Below are positions 44,501-55,147 of a stretch of 64,000 nt of DNA, in pieces. A program made the position numbers and the translations under genes. Numbering within the stretch: the first letter of the stretch is position 1; each line of letters starts with the position of its first letter. This DNA comes from Anthoceros angustus (lineage: Eukaryota > Plantae > Anthocerotophyta), in NCBI GenBank assembly GCA_010909165.1, contig MU008168.1:992001-1056000 (forward strand). Reading direction: 5' to 3'. The notes below the pieces were generated by a model. It ran no database searches. It had not been told where the DNA came from and was given only the letters and a program-made list of their open reading frames with translations.

Positions 44501-44594
44501 TCCTCGCTGCACTCCCAGCAGTAGATGCAGCGGAAGCAGAAAGTCCCTTCATCCCTTGTTGAAAATCTAGCACGACTAGATGGGTGCCCATCAC
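41553..44594 (-). CDS. Large PLS-PPR E+ protein with LL motifs, no DYW domain (1013 aa)
   Basis: P-LL-S array; ends AWKKPGQSWIECGQEVHTFLVNDGSHEYKPVYEFLQRLNNELN*. Confidence 0.92.
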   Translation of the reverse strand: MMGTHLVVLDFQQGMKGLSASAASTAGSAARTWIMSGNVQDVQMFCKEGRLDKALLCLDQEEVVPSVHIYKTLLQACMKRKALEEARQVHAHLAKHGLESNRFLGDLVVTTLVSCGSLADGLELFRRLSNPSVVSWTAIIAGYCDSGQYLQALSCYEQMVKEEAAQPDTHTFVTLLKVCSRLEDLEVGRRIHADVVRHGFESNVFIGSALVSMYAKCGSIKDAELVFHALSQRNVVSWNAIIAAYAQQDQGEMALRIFWQMQEEENVKPDARTFVSALQACGSLAEKVEGGLEEGETLREETLQVGRRLHAGATAGGFESDEFVRSALVSMYSKCRSIMDAQQVFDGLTRRTLVSWNAILTAYAKKEEGDKALEIYRQMQKERVKPDGWTVCSALQACSSIAEGEGSSVVDSQGVKVVSLRMGKAIHADAARHGLELDTFVGSALVTMYAKCRSIVDAQHVFDRFPHRNVVSWTAMIAAYAQQEQGARALQMFSQMQEAGVRPNARTFVAALQACTFLAEVEGNFLLDGQSVKVESLQKGREIHARARGLEMDIFVGTALISLYAKCGSIKDAEQAFDALSNRSVVTWTAMIAAYAELAQGERALQVYRQMRRAGVCPNSRTLVAALQACAYLAEREESTIVDGRSVKLQSLLIGRELHAEAFLRGLQTDLFVVSSLVSMYAKCGSIKDAEQVFGLLSQHDAGSWTAMIAAYAQQGQGDKALQLYAEMQTAGVKADVATVVSVLEACSSLGALAACRRMHQTILDSGLECSSFVATSLIHAYGKCGSMGDAQLVFNSLPHPDVVSWNALIGGYARAGCSDMSVISFELMCREGVRPDRVTFLALLSACSHGGIVDKGLKYFESMTRDHDLRAELEHYACVIDLVARAGLFSKAEELLSQMPMPPDVAVWLSLLGACQKHGNMLLAKRAFHEAVALEPNQSAAYALMSNICADAGMHDTANEIDELRRDADAWKKPGQSWIECGQEVHTFLVNDGSHEYKPVYEFLQRLNNELN

Positions 44595-45035
44595 AAGCTC
44601 AAGGTTCCACTAAGCTTGAGATGGGCGCCGACCCAGGGTGCAAGCAGGCCTAGACACACCGTCCCATCCTGCATAGACCGCCCTTTTTGGACACAAATGT
44701 ACAACGAAGTCCCTCTCCTCCTCCTTTCTTCTTTCCTCCTTGCTCCTTCACACTTCTTTCCTCCTTTCTTCAGCCTTCCTTGGACCGCAGCAACACCACT
44801 ATGCCTATTGCAGCCTCAGGTTTCCGGATCTGGCGTTTTGTGAGGGCTTCATAAGCTGAACTCACCATCGGTAAATTCATCATTCTTTTCGTCTCACAGA
44901 CGGCCGCTCCCCTCGGACTCTCTTCCCTTTCGTGATGAGATACAGTTGTCCAAAGACGAGCCAGCGGACATCAACCGGCAGCAAGACCAAGATCCAGCAC
45001 AAGTCGGAAGGACAGGAGGGGAATCTCGAGCAAGG

Positions 45036-45923
45036 ATGGGGTCGTTTTGGGGTCATGTACTGCCAGGATCTCTGTTTCTGATGGTGGGCTTGTGGCACCT
45101 TGTGGGAAGCATATCGAAGTACATCGCCCAGCCAAACGCTTTCCAGGGCCGAGTATGGCATCCCGTGGGCGGACCTCGGGGATTCAGGTACCTGGAGATA
45201 TATGTGGTCATCTTGGGCTCTCTCCTGGACATGTGCATCGAGTTCTTCTACTCCACGCATCTCAAGTTCGTTGTGGACGGGGGGCTGAATACCAGCCATC
45301 TGAACGATTTCGAGCACTCCGCCATGCTCCTGATGTTCTTCATTTTCGGGGTCACCACCCTCCTGTCAGAGGTCACCGGGATGCTGCCTCTTCCAGAGGG
45401 CGGGCTCAACGTGGTGGCATCTATGGCTTTCACCGCCGAGCTGCTCTTGTTTTACTTCCACTCCACCAGCCATGCAGGGCTGGAAGGCAGGTACCATACC
45501 ATCCTGGTGATCTTGATTGCTCTGTGCGTGCTGGGCGCGCTTCTAGGGGCTGTGTTTCCCCAGAGCTTCGTCATCGACCTGGCATCCTGCGTGGTGCTGG
45601 CGATGCAGGGAGCTTGGTTCTACCAAACTGCTTTCAGCTTGTATGGGTCTATGGTTCCAGGCGGATGCCGAACCTTGCCTGGAGGCATAGAATGTGATTC
45701 TCCAGAACTAGAGCAACGGGGCCAGACTCTGGCAAACGTGCAGCTCGCCATGCTTGTTTGCTTCACGTTCGTTCTCGTAGCTCTAGTGTATGGCGTTATC
45801 GCCAAAGTAGGTGGTCACCAACCTAGTGGAAAACCCTCCTCCCCAACGTTCATCTCTCGAGGCTCTGATATATCTCTAGATGTGCAGGCCACTATGTCTC
45901 CACCACCTCTGTCTTCACATTGA
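45036..45923 (+). CDS. DUF716 / TMEM45-like multi-pass membrane protein, intronless
   Basis: MGSFWGHVLPGSLFLMVGLWHL; NDFEHSAM; LLFYFHS...LEGRYH; QGAWFYQTAFSLYG; about seven hydrophobic segments. Confidence 0.85.
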   Translation: MGSFWGHVLPGSLFLMVGLWHLVGSISKYIAQPNAFQGRVWHPVGGPRGFRYLEIYVVILGSLLDMCIEFFYSTHLKFVVDGGLNTSHLNDFEHSAMLLMFFIFGVTTLLSEVTGMLPLPEGGLNVVASMAFTAELLLFYFHSTSHAGLEGRYHTILVILIALCVLGALLGAVFPQSFVIDLASCVVLAMQGAWFYQTAFSLYGSMVPGGCRTLPGGIECDSPELEQRGQTLANVQLAMLVCFTFVLVALVYGVIAKVGGHQPSGKPSSPTFISRGSDISLDVQATMSPPPLSSH

Positions 45924-46999
45924 TGTGGAAGTACTTACAAGTGCCATGCCAGTCCATTCCACCGCATGAGGAATTGTTTTCACAGGCCACAATGAGCCAC
46001 TAGAGTGACATAACAACTCCCTTCATCATCCCTCAAGCGGAAGCACTAGAAACTCCCCCTCCCCCTGCTTCTGGATGTTCTTTTGGTAAATCTCGAGCTC
46101 CCGGGCCTTACAAAACGTGTCCATCGACAGGCAGGGCGCATTGCCCATGCTGCACTGCCGCATCTCCGAACGGCCTTGTTACTCGACAGCTTCGTATTGG
46201 GTGGGTGCCCCCGCAGCTCTTACCTGCAGGAAAGCAGTCATACTTTCTGCATCCGTCGAAATGCCACTACACGTAGCCTCCGATGGGTTTAATCCCGCAA
46301 GATACCCATACGCAAGATACTATGAGATGATTCGAATTCACCGTGCGAGTCCTGGATTTCACAAAAGGTGGTCTTTTGTAATCAATAGTGAATAAATTGG
46401 ATATTTATATTTCACTTATAAGGGAGCTACAAAAGACCTAACAGAGAAAATGATGGAGACTTCATTGTAAAAAAAAGATGGAGAAAACTCATCTATCTTG
46501 TGACAAGGGGGAATTAAGGCACAGGCCATGGGGGACTAAGGGCGGGTTTCCATGAACCCGAGCCCAGGCCGGTCTTACAAAACGACACTGGCTTTCCGAG
46601 CCGGGTGCCTTGTCTTGTAGTTGAGCAACCCCAGCAAATAACCGGTTAAATTTAGGAATGACAAGCGAGCATCGACCCAGGATGACCGCCACCATGCCTT
46701 AAGTGCGTGATAATACATACATTTATCTAGGGTTTTGTCCACATCACCCTTGACTTCGTGGTTTCCATGAGGTGGGCAGGTCCCCCTTGGCCTGGTGCCC
46801 CCCATAGGGTTGTTCCCCTTGGCCTCGGGATTTTCCATCTCTTTTTCTACATTAAATCTCTCCGTTCTCGGTTTTAATATCCTTCCATCTATACTAGGGA
46901 CATCTATAGTATATGCAGGTTCATACGTCTTTTCCTCCCTACCCTTGGCAACAAGTGTGTACCCCATTCGACTCCTATTTTCGGCTTCCCAGTCCGAGC

Positions 47000-47060
47000 T
47001 GCCATTCCCGCCCAAGCTGCCACTCCCGCCCAAGCTGCCACTCCCGCCCATGCTGCCAAG
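47000..47060. repeat. 18-bp tandem repeat x3 (GGSGSL on the minus strand)
   Basis: gctgcca.tcccgcccaa units. Confidence 0.8.
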
Positions 47061-48589
47061 CACCTCTCCTTCCTTGGCGTCAAACGCCTGCGTGGTCGCG
47101 TCATCCAGGACCACTATCTGAGGGGAAGCACTCCCTTGATCCACCTTGGGTTCCTCCTCCGCCTTCTTGACCTTCCTTTGGCGAGGGGCCAGGGTTTTTG
47201 TGTTTTAGTGTGCAAGTGAAAAAACATCGGCTATTCTCAACTGCCGAAGACCAAGGAAAGGAAACAGGTGATCATGCACCAGAGGGCCAGCCCGCAGCCA
47301 AGTTGCAACCCTAAAACTATCCGACACCGGCCAGGTTTCAGCTCAACCAAAATTCGCCGAAGTCCAAGAACGGATGCTCGATTTCTTCACAAACTCCGAG
47401 TGCCAAGGAGAATTCTCCTTTATCTATCCTGCATGCGCTCCCTCCAGCTCTCTTCTTGCGCTTGATTCCCTCGCAAATTGCCAGGGGATGGCGGTGGCAC
47501 CTCGGCGCGCAAATCTCCTCTCGCGCGTCCTTTCAATCAGAGTAGGTGTTTACTCTCGTTGCATGCGGAGAGTGACGGCCTGACTCGGCCAGGGAGTAAG
47601 CTGGCGCCGCCACTTCCAGGCCTGGTACCAATCCTCGGCGATGCGGGCTCGGGATTCGGCGAATCCGCTCCCTCGTGCGTTAGTCCTCCAACCCTCCTTC
47701 ATTAGTCCTTCGTTCGGACTAGCCGTTAGACCCCCCCCCCAGGTCCGGCTCCTCCTCGTGCTGTCCATCCTGTCGGTGGACTGACAACCTGTCCTCCCGC
47801 TTTCACGTTCGGTCAACTTCTCGTTGCCACCTTCCCGTCAGCGGTAAGAGAAAGAAAAAAGAAAAAAGAAATCTAACTAATTAGAACAAAATATGAGGCA
47901 TCCGCCTCTCCTCTAACTATGCCCCCAAACTTTGGTGTTCCACACCAGTCATCAGAAAAACCCGTGGCTAAATACCTCCCTCCTCGCTCTAAAAAATAGC
48001 CTCTAATAAAACACACATTTTCCTAGTAGCGTAGGAAGGTCTAGTGGGTTGCGTGTCTGGTCCGTTGAGTTGCTGTGTGGCACAAGCCTAAACTCTACGG
48101 TTCCCACCGGACCCAACATGATGAAGTCTGTTCAGGCGACGAGTTGTGGAATTCAGGCGAAATAAGCACGAGTCCATTCCCTGTGGAACGAACCCCAGTA
48201 CTACCTCGACATTGGGTTATAAGTGTGCTCCTTACTAGTCCGCTAGCAAAAGTGGCCCCACAAACTCAGTAGTCACATTCATGTAATTATTGATAGGTGT
48301 AGAGGCCATCGTGATATTAATAGGATATTATAAAATAAAGTGCCGACTTCAGGTTATGACGCAAAGCCAAGATCACTTCAAATATAAACTTGAATATCAA
48401 TGTAGAGAGAAAGTACACTACTTAGAGTTCAGAGGTCTAGTGGACAAATCCGCAATCGCTTGGAGCAAAGGTATATTCGACGATGGGCATGAGCTATTGC
48501 ATCATAGCTACATGATATGGGTGTGCACTTGGGCAAAGCGCGATGACCAGAGGTTCGCAACATATTTAGACATATTTGCGAACCTCTGG

Positions 48590-49130
48590 TGCCGTCTCAT
48601 GCTCATCGTCTCTTTCCTCCCATAGACGGTTACCTTCTTTACAACTATTAATGTAACCTGCCACATTCCCATATGCCGCATGCCCATCCAAGTACACTGG
48701 TTCCGTAAGCTTCTTACGCATACGTCTGTTGAAAGTTTAGACATATTTGCGAACCTCTGGCAATCTCTTGTACTCTACAATCTTTTTAAACTCTACATGT
48801 GTATACATGGGACCACCAAACACAAATAATGGAACTCCTTTCTTCTGGCTATGACTGACACTTATTTTTTCCAAGGCAAACAAACCCAACCCCATTACTG
48901 ATTTTGTTGCCTCCTTCACTATCTACCAACGACCGCAATACGGAAATGGTTTGTTAATAGGAATGGCCCCCTCCTCCCACATTCCCTTGGGATATACACC
49001 TTTGAGGAGACGCTTGTATAAAACAATAGCATCATTTGAGTTTGCATGCTCTCCTTCTCATGGCTGATAAGGGTGTTCAACCAAAGGTCCACGTGACTCT
49101 CCTTTCCACCCAAACTTTTTCCTACTTCGC
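48590..49130 (-). pseudogene. Decayed SET-domain-like coding frame
   Basis: One minus frame reads ...PFPYCGRW*IVKEATKSVMGLGLFALEKI...KKGVPLFVFGGPMY...VRKYV*TFNRR...VYLDGHAAYGNVAGYINSCKEGN. In-frame stops at 49058-60, 48923-25 and 48737-39. Confidence 0.65.
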
Positions 49131-49982
49131 AAAGACATGTGTTCCACAGATGCGTTCATCATCAGCATCATCAGGATCAAGAGTGCTAACATAGTCCTCT
49201 ATAGAAGTTCTGCCAACTATACAAAAAATAATCGTCATAAGTACAAACTACATACCATACTAGTTAAATTTATGGAACCATCATGCATCAATGACACATC
49301 ATGCACATTCAAAGGAGCATGCATATACCAAATAGATATTAATATTAAATATAATATATCTTGAATGTATCACAAAATAGTGGTTAGAAACTCAATATAC
49401 ATCTCAAATACTCAACCAAAGGGGTTAGAAACTCACATCATCTGCGCTTGCCTGCATGAGTGAGTCTTCACTTGGTACGGCCATGGGTTCTTCTGAGCTT
49501 GCGCCTCCCTCCGCGCCACGATATATTCCATATGTATGCTCATGAATTCAGACTTGATTACCCCGCATAGTTTTTTTCCCCTTACAGTTTACACAATTAC
49601 ATTTTTCAAACGCATACTGAACGATTGGTCGAGCGCTCTTACGACCTCCTCCTGGCATAATAAGTCTATCCACAAGAGTCTGTCCAAGAAGTTTTGTGTC
49701 CTTTTAATGCTAGATTTTGTGGCAAACAACAGCAAGAGACAAATAGGATTGTGTAATCCCTGCCGCCCACACTAGGAAACCTAGCACATTGTCACATACA
49801 TATTAATCTAATTATATCCACAGACACACACATAGCACAAATTCCATAAAGAATTGGGAAGAATTGGGCTGCTACTCCCATCGAGACTTGGGTCTAACCT
49901 AAGAGGAGTATGGCCATTAACCCGTTCAGAGTCCTTTCTCCTTCCGGGTGCTTGATTTCAAGGCAGATAGCAGCAATCCCGA

Positions 49983-50215
49983 TCACCTACTTAGCAATTC
50001 GAGCCTGATCCACAGTGAGACTGATCCCCTGCTTGGCAAGCCCCTGCTCAGCAATCCGGGCCCAATCCATAGCGAGACTAATTCCCTGCTTGGCGAGCCC
50101 CTGCTTAGCAATCCGGGTCCTATTCATAGTGAGACTAATCCCTTGCTTGGCGAGCCCCATGATGAGCCCCTGCTCAGCAATCTTGGCCCAATCCACTGTA
50201 CAACGAGCTTGATCC
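49983..50215. repeat. 57-bp minisatellite, about 4 copies
   Basis: cccctgct.agcaatccggg.cc.at.cat.g.gagactaat.cc.tgcttggc.ag at 49983, 50040, 50097 and about 50166. Confidence 0.85.
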
Positions 50216-51802
50216 CTACAGCTAGGCGAGCCTCACGGCGAGCCCAATTCACAGCTTAACGAGCCTCACGACAAGCCCAATGGATTGCTTGGCAAGCCCC
50301 ACGGTGATCCCATGCATGCGAGTCCTATTCCCTCCCTTACAAGCCCGAGCATACGGTGCGCTCGATGCCGCATCTGTATGCTGATTACCATATCCGGATT
50401 ACACGGTATACCATATTCGGATACTTATTTGTGAGTACATATTGTAACGTCCAAATGTGCTTTACAACATCATGCGTTGTAAAGCACATTGTGAACGTTG
50501 TCAATAAGTTAGTCTGCTGCTGAGCCATGTGTGTCTCTATAGTACGAATCCAAGCATATGTATCCAAGGGTGTGTATACTAGCATACGTATCCAAGGGTG
50601 GGATTATGGTAGTACCTTTGTGAGACATCTCAAGGCTCATATTACAATATCCAAAATGCGCTTTACAACGCCATGGGTTGTATATTGCAGTTTGAACGTT
50701 ATAGATGGGTTACATCCACGTGTCAAGCGGCATAGTATGTATCTAATAATGTGGACTTTCTAATTGGATTTAGGTTACTGACGATGCTCGAGCACTCACA
50801 TGCGGCCCTGTAGCTAGCAGCATGGTAATCTGTGTGGCTACCTCTCTCGCCAAGCTTGAACTTGAGCAAGCCTTCAGCGTCATCCAACTAATAACGCACC
50901 TCATAATGAAGATTAGGAGCGGGCGCAAGTATGGTTGTGCGATGGGCATTGAGCACACCAAGGGAACCAAGCAGTTTTGTTTTATAAGCAAGGAAAACAG
51001 AAAACCACACGTGCCACCAAGCCATCTGCAGAGGAAGAAGAAAGTTGGGATGAGGGCCACACCATCGGAGCATATATATGCATGCTTAGGCGAATACAGA
51101 GTCAGTCTATTGGTCAGCCTCAACTGGAGTAAGCCATCCCCAGCTAATCTGCCTGCTAAGGAGGAAACAACAATGCCTGTGAACGTCATAGATAAAGAAG
51201 CGCGTCTCGTGGGTCCACTCAACGAGGCACTGAGATTGCTTCAAAGGGTGAAGGCGGCAAGGGAAGAGTTGTAACAATGTCCTGGCTGGCATTATCAGGC
51301 GATTAGGTCATTGTGATGCTTGTTTTGCAATCATAGTAGAAGAAATGACAACAAACTTGTGTCCTTATTGCACATCATGGTTAGAGTGCCTAGATTTGTG
51401 ACTCTTCACTTAGCTACATATAGGCTAGATTAGGTTATCTTATTCAACATAACATTACACACTTTAAAATACGAAAACCCATGAACTGTGCCGCGAACCA
51501 TTTCGGCGGATCATTAACATGCTTATTATACAACACAACAACAAGCGACAGCTATGAGACCCATATATAGAAACAAGGTGCCTAAAGCAGCTAAATACAC
51601 ATCGAAATGCAGTGTTAGTCTGCTTATAGAACCTGCTCTGATACTAAGTGCGAAGTGCTGATGTAGAAGCGATTTGCAAGAAGGAGATGCTTTTGTTAAA
51701 AAAGTAAATTGTGAGTACATAGGTGGGCTTAAATGGGGTGATTACAAAGGGTTGTGACCTTTCACTAGCAAAACCTAGCTTGACTAACCTATGTTGAGTT
51801 AA

Positions 51803-54191
51803 GCCTAGTCGGCCTTAACCTAACGTGGTCTGCTTTATTTCCAACTTCTGCTGCCGTGCATCCTATGCTGAGCAACGTTTCATAACGCAAACTGTCAAGA
51901 GTGGGGGTGCTCATATAGGAAAAACAACAACACAAGAGTCAAAACGAACGCATCAGCAACGCGCAATGAACAGGAACAATAGCAACACAAGAATCCAAAC
52001 AAAAGCATTAAGAGTGTGGGATCAACAGAAACAACAACAATCGACCAACAACAAGAATCACCACAACAACAACAACAATATAGGAACAACAACAAGAGCA
52101 CTAATGATATCAAACAAATATTTCACTCAACATCGCACGGTGAAGTCGGACATTGCATATAAGCACTCAACTACGCCGCCATCGGCAAAGAACGATAATA
52201 TAGGGGAGCAAGAACTCGCATCATAAAAAGGCACAAGAGCATGCTTGGTGCCTCTTGTGAGGCATGGACACAACGGAGCCATAGATGAGGATGCGTGCTC
52301 GCTTGAGGGATGAAGATAATGCAAAGGCGATGTAAAGGGTGGACGACGCGTTGAACAAAGTATATTCTCTTAAAAGAGGGTGTTGGCTCCCTCCCATATC
52401 ACGCAACCCTACAGCCACACATCCCAATCTGGGCATATGCCGCCCTTGAAAATAAGAAACATAGTGTGCTTCTTGAAACATTCATGTCATGTGCGTTTAC
52501 GCATGGCTAGTATAGTCGAATCTCTTGCATTACGGCGTAAATTTCAGCCACTAAGGCAACCTTATTCGGGAGGCCTCCAACACTTCCATGGTAGCTCGGG
52601 TTGCCTAGTCGGCCTTAACTAACGTGGTGCTTTATTTCCAACTTCGCCGTGCATCCTATGCTGAGCAACGTTTCATAACGCAAACTGTCAAGAGTGGGGG
52701 TGCTCATATAGGAAAAACAACAACACAAGAGTCAAAACGAACGCATCAGCAACGCGCAATGAACAGGAACAATAGCAACACAAGAATCCAAACAAAAGCA
52801 TTAAGAGTGTGGGATCAACAGAAACAACAACAATCGACCTGAACAACAGCAATCACCACAAACAACAACAGAACAATATAGGAACAACAACAAGAGCACT
52901 AATGATACTGAAACAAATATTTCACTCAACATCGCACGGTGAAGTCGGACATTGCATATAAGCACTCAACTACGCTCGCCACTGGCAGCAACGATAATAT
53001 AGGGGAGCAAGAACTCGCATCATAAAAAGGCACAAGAGCATGCTTGGTGCCTCTTGTGAGGCATGGACACAACGGAGCCATAGATGAGGATGCGTGCTCA
53101 GCGCTTGAGGGATGAAGATAATGCAAAGCTGATGTAAAGGGTGGACGACGCGTTGAACAAAGTATATTCTCTTAAAAGAGGGTGTTGGCTCCCTCCCATA
53201 TCACGCAACCCTACAGCCACACATCCCAATCTGGGCATATGCCGCCCTTGAAAATAAGAAACATAGTGTGCTTCTTGAAACATTCATGTCATGTGCGTTT
53301 CTGCATGGCTAGTATAGTCGAATCTCTTGCATTACGGCGTAAATTTCAGCCAGCTAAGGCAACCTTATTCTGGGAGGCCTCCAACACTTCCATGGTAGCT
53401 CGGGTTGCCTAGTCGGCCTTAACTAACGTGGTGCTTTATTTCCAACTTCGCCGTGCATCCTATGTCGAGCAACGCTTCATAACGCAAACTGTCAAGAGTG
53501 GGGTGCTCATATAGGAAAAACAACACAAGAGTCAAACGAACGACAAGAACGCAATGAACAGGAACAATAGCAACACAAGAATCCAAACAAAAGCATTAAG
53601 AGTGTGGGATCAACGAAACAACAACAATCGACACGAACAAGAATCACCACAAACAACAACAATCAACAACAATATAGGAACAACAACAAGAGCACTAATG
53701 ATATCTTGAACAAATATTTCACTCAACATCGCACGGTGAAGTCGGACATTGCATATAAGCACTCAACTACGCCATCGGCAAAGAACGATAATATAGGGGA
53801 GCAAGAACTCGCATCATAAAAAGGCACAAGAGCATGCTTGGTGCCTCTTGTGAGGCATGGACACAACGGAGCCATAGATGAGGATGCGTGCTCAGGGCTT
53901 GAGGGATGAAGATAATGCAAAGTCGATGTAAAGGGTGGACGACGTTGAACAAAGTATATTCTCTTAAAAGAGGTGTTGGCTCCCTCCCATATCACGCAAC
54001 CCTACAGCCACACATCCCAATCTGGGCATATGCCGCCCTTGAAAATAAGAAACATAGTGTGCTTCTTGAAACATTCATGTCATGCGTTTACGCATGGCTA
54101 GTATAGTCGAATCTCTTGCATTACGGTAAATTTCAGCCACTAAGGCAACCTTATTCGGAGGCCTCAACACTTCCATGGTAGCTCGGGTTGC
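51803..54191. repeat. Tandem array of three ~800-bp units
   Basis: Unit start gcctagtcggccttaac at 51803, 52603 and 53407; third unit ends ...gctcgggttgc at about 54191. Copies differ mostly by short indels. Confidence 0.95.
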
Positions 54192-54282
54192 AGATCCTAA
54201 AACAGCCCTTGGATAATATATCTCGAACATGGGCCTCCTCTTCTTGCAAGACAACTTTCTCACTGCCCGGTCAGCTGTAGGC

Positions 54283-54350
54283 CTCTTGTAAGGCATGACT
54301 GCCACTCTCTTGTAAGGCATGGCCGCCACTCTCTTGTAAGGCATGGCCGT
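54283..54350. repeat. 24-bp tandem repeat x3 (MPYKRVAA on the minus strand)
   Basis: ctcttgtaaggcatg.c.gccact at 54283, 54307 and 54331. Confidence 0.85.
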
Positions 54351-55147
54351 AAGCATCCTCACTACGGGTGTGGCCGCAGGCGCAGTGTGCGGGAAAGACA
54401 TTGGTTTCCTTCGGTTCTTAAGGTCCGGACCCGCCATGCCGAGGGTGATTGTGATAACCCTTCGACTAAGATGGATCCTAACCTCATTTTTCTATGCTGA
54501 TGAAAATTACAATATTTAAGTAGGTAGTAAATTATAGAGTATTAAACGAACTAAGATGATCATTTTTCTATGCTGACCAAAATTGCGATATTCAGGTAGT
54601 AAATTTATTATAGACTTCGTTGTGTGTCCCAACCTTGTCACCTTTTATCGCTCGATTCAGCTAATGTTAAAAACCCCACTAAAAGGGGCTACTCGAGCAT
54701 TCGAACAGAAGAAACAGTATGTAGGTACATAGATACAAAAGATAGCCTGAATTAGCGAGGCAAATGACGGGCTTGTGTTATTCCTTTGTGTTCCCGTACC
54801 CCTACCCTTAGCAGGCGAGGAGTGCAGGCGCGGAGAAGACGAGCCGAGCAGTGTCGGCAGGGAAGCTGACTGTGAGCTCGCCGATCACACCTGCATTCCA
54901 CGATACCGCGATGTGCGCCCCGACCTGCTGCAGATAGTTAGGTTTATGCGCATGACTTTCTCCGCGGCGGCTGTCTTCTTTGTGGAATGAAACTGCCTCT
55001 AGCTTGCTAATTTGTGCTTTTGAGAGATCTACGCCTAGATATGCCCATCCTGTGCAAGCGCGCTTGCGTTGCACTACTAATAGCAGTTCTCGTCACTTTT
55101 CCCTCTTGGTAGACTGCAACTGTCACACTCTGGCCTCGCCATTCAAC

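Larger units (their letters stand above)
46000..54500. mobile_element. Repeat-rich island of probable transposon origin; family not assignable
   Basis: Shift to lower GC, no intact known gene, many tandem arrays (18, 57, 24 and ~800 bp), fragmentary ORFs, and one PBS-like tRNA-Met 12-mer with a mismatch (51635-51646, minus). No RT, integrase or transposase motif was recognised. Confidence 0.45.

Noticed and set aside
5895-44570. Numerous antisense and alternate-frame ORFs overlapping the PPR, COBRA and DUF4220 genes
   Set aside because: These are shadow ORFs produced by high GC and repetitive codon structure of the real genes.
46070-47144. Two …cttacaaaacg motifs and a 189-aa minus ORF as LTR start or gag, or as hAT termini
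   Set aside because: Ambiguous between element classes; no zinc knuckle or matching terminus was found.
51635-51646. tRNA-Met PBS-like 12-mer (gctctgatacta) suggesting an LTR element on the minus strand
   Set aside because: It has one mismatch, and no paired LTR, PPT or gag-pol motifs were identified. Kept only as weak support for the TE-island call.
51803-54191. CRISPR-like or coding interpretation of the tandem arrays
   Set aside because: The context is eukaryotic, the units are long with no unique spacers, and ORFs are not conserved between copies.
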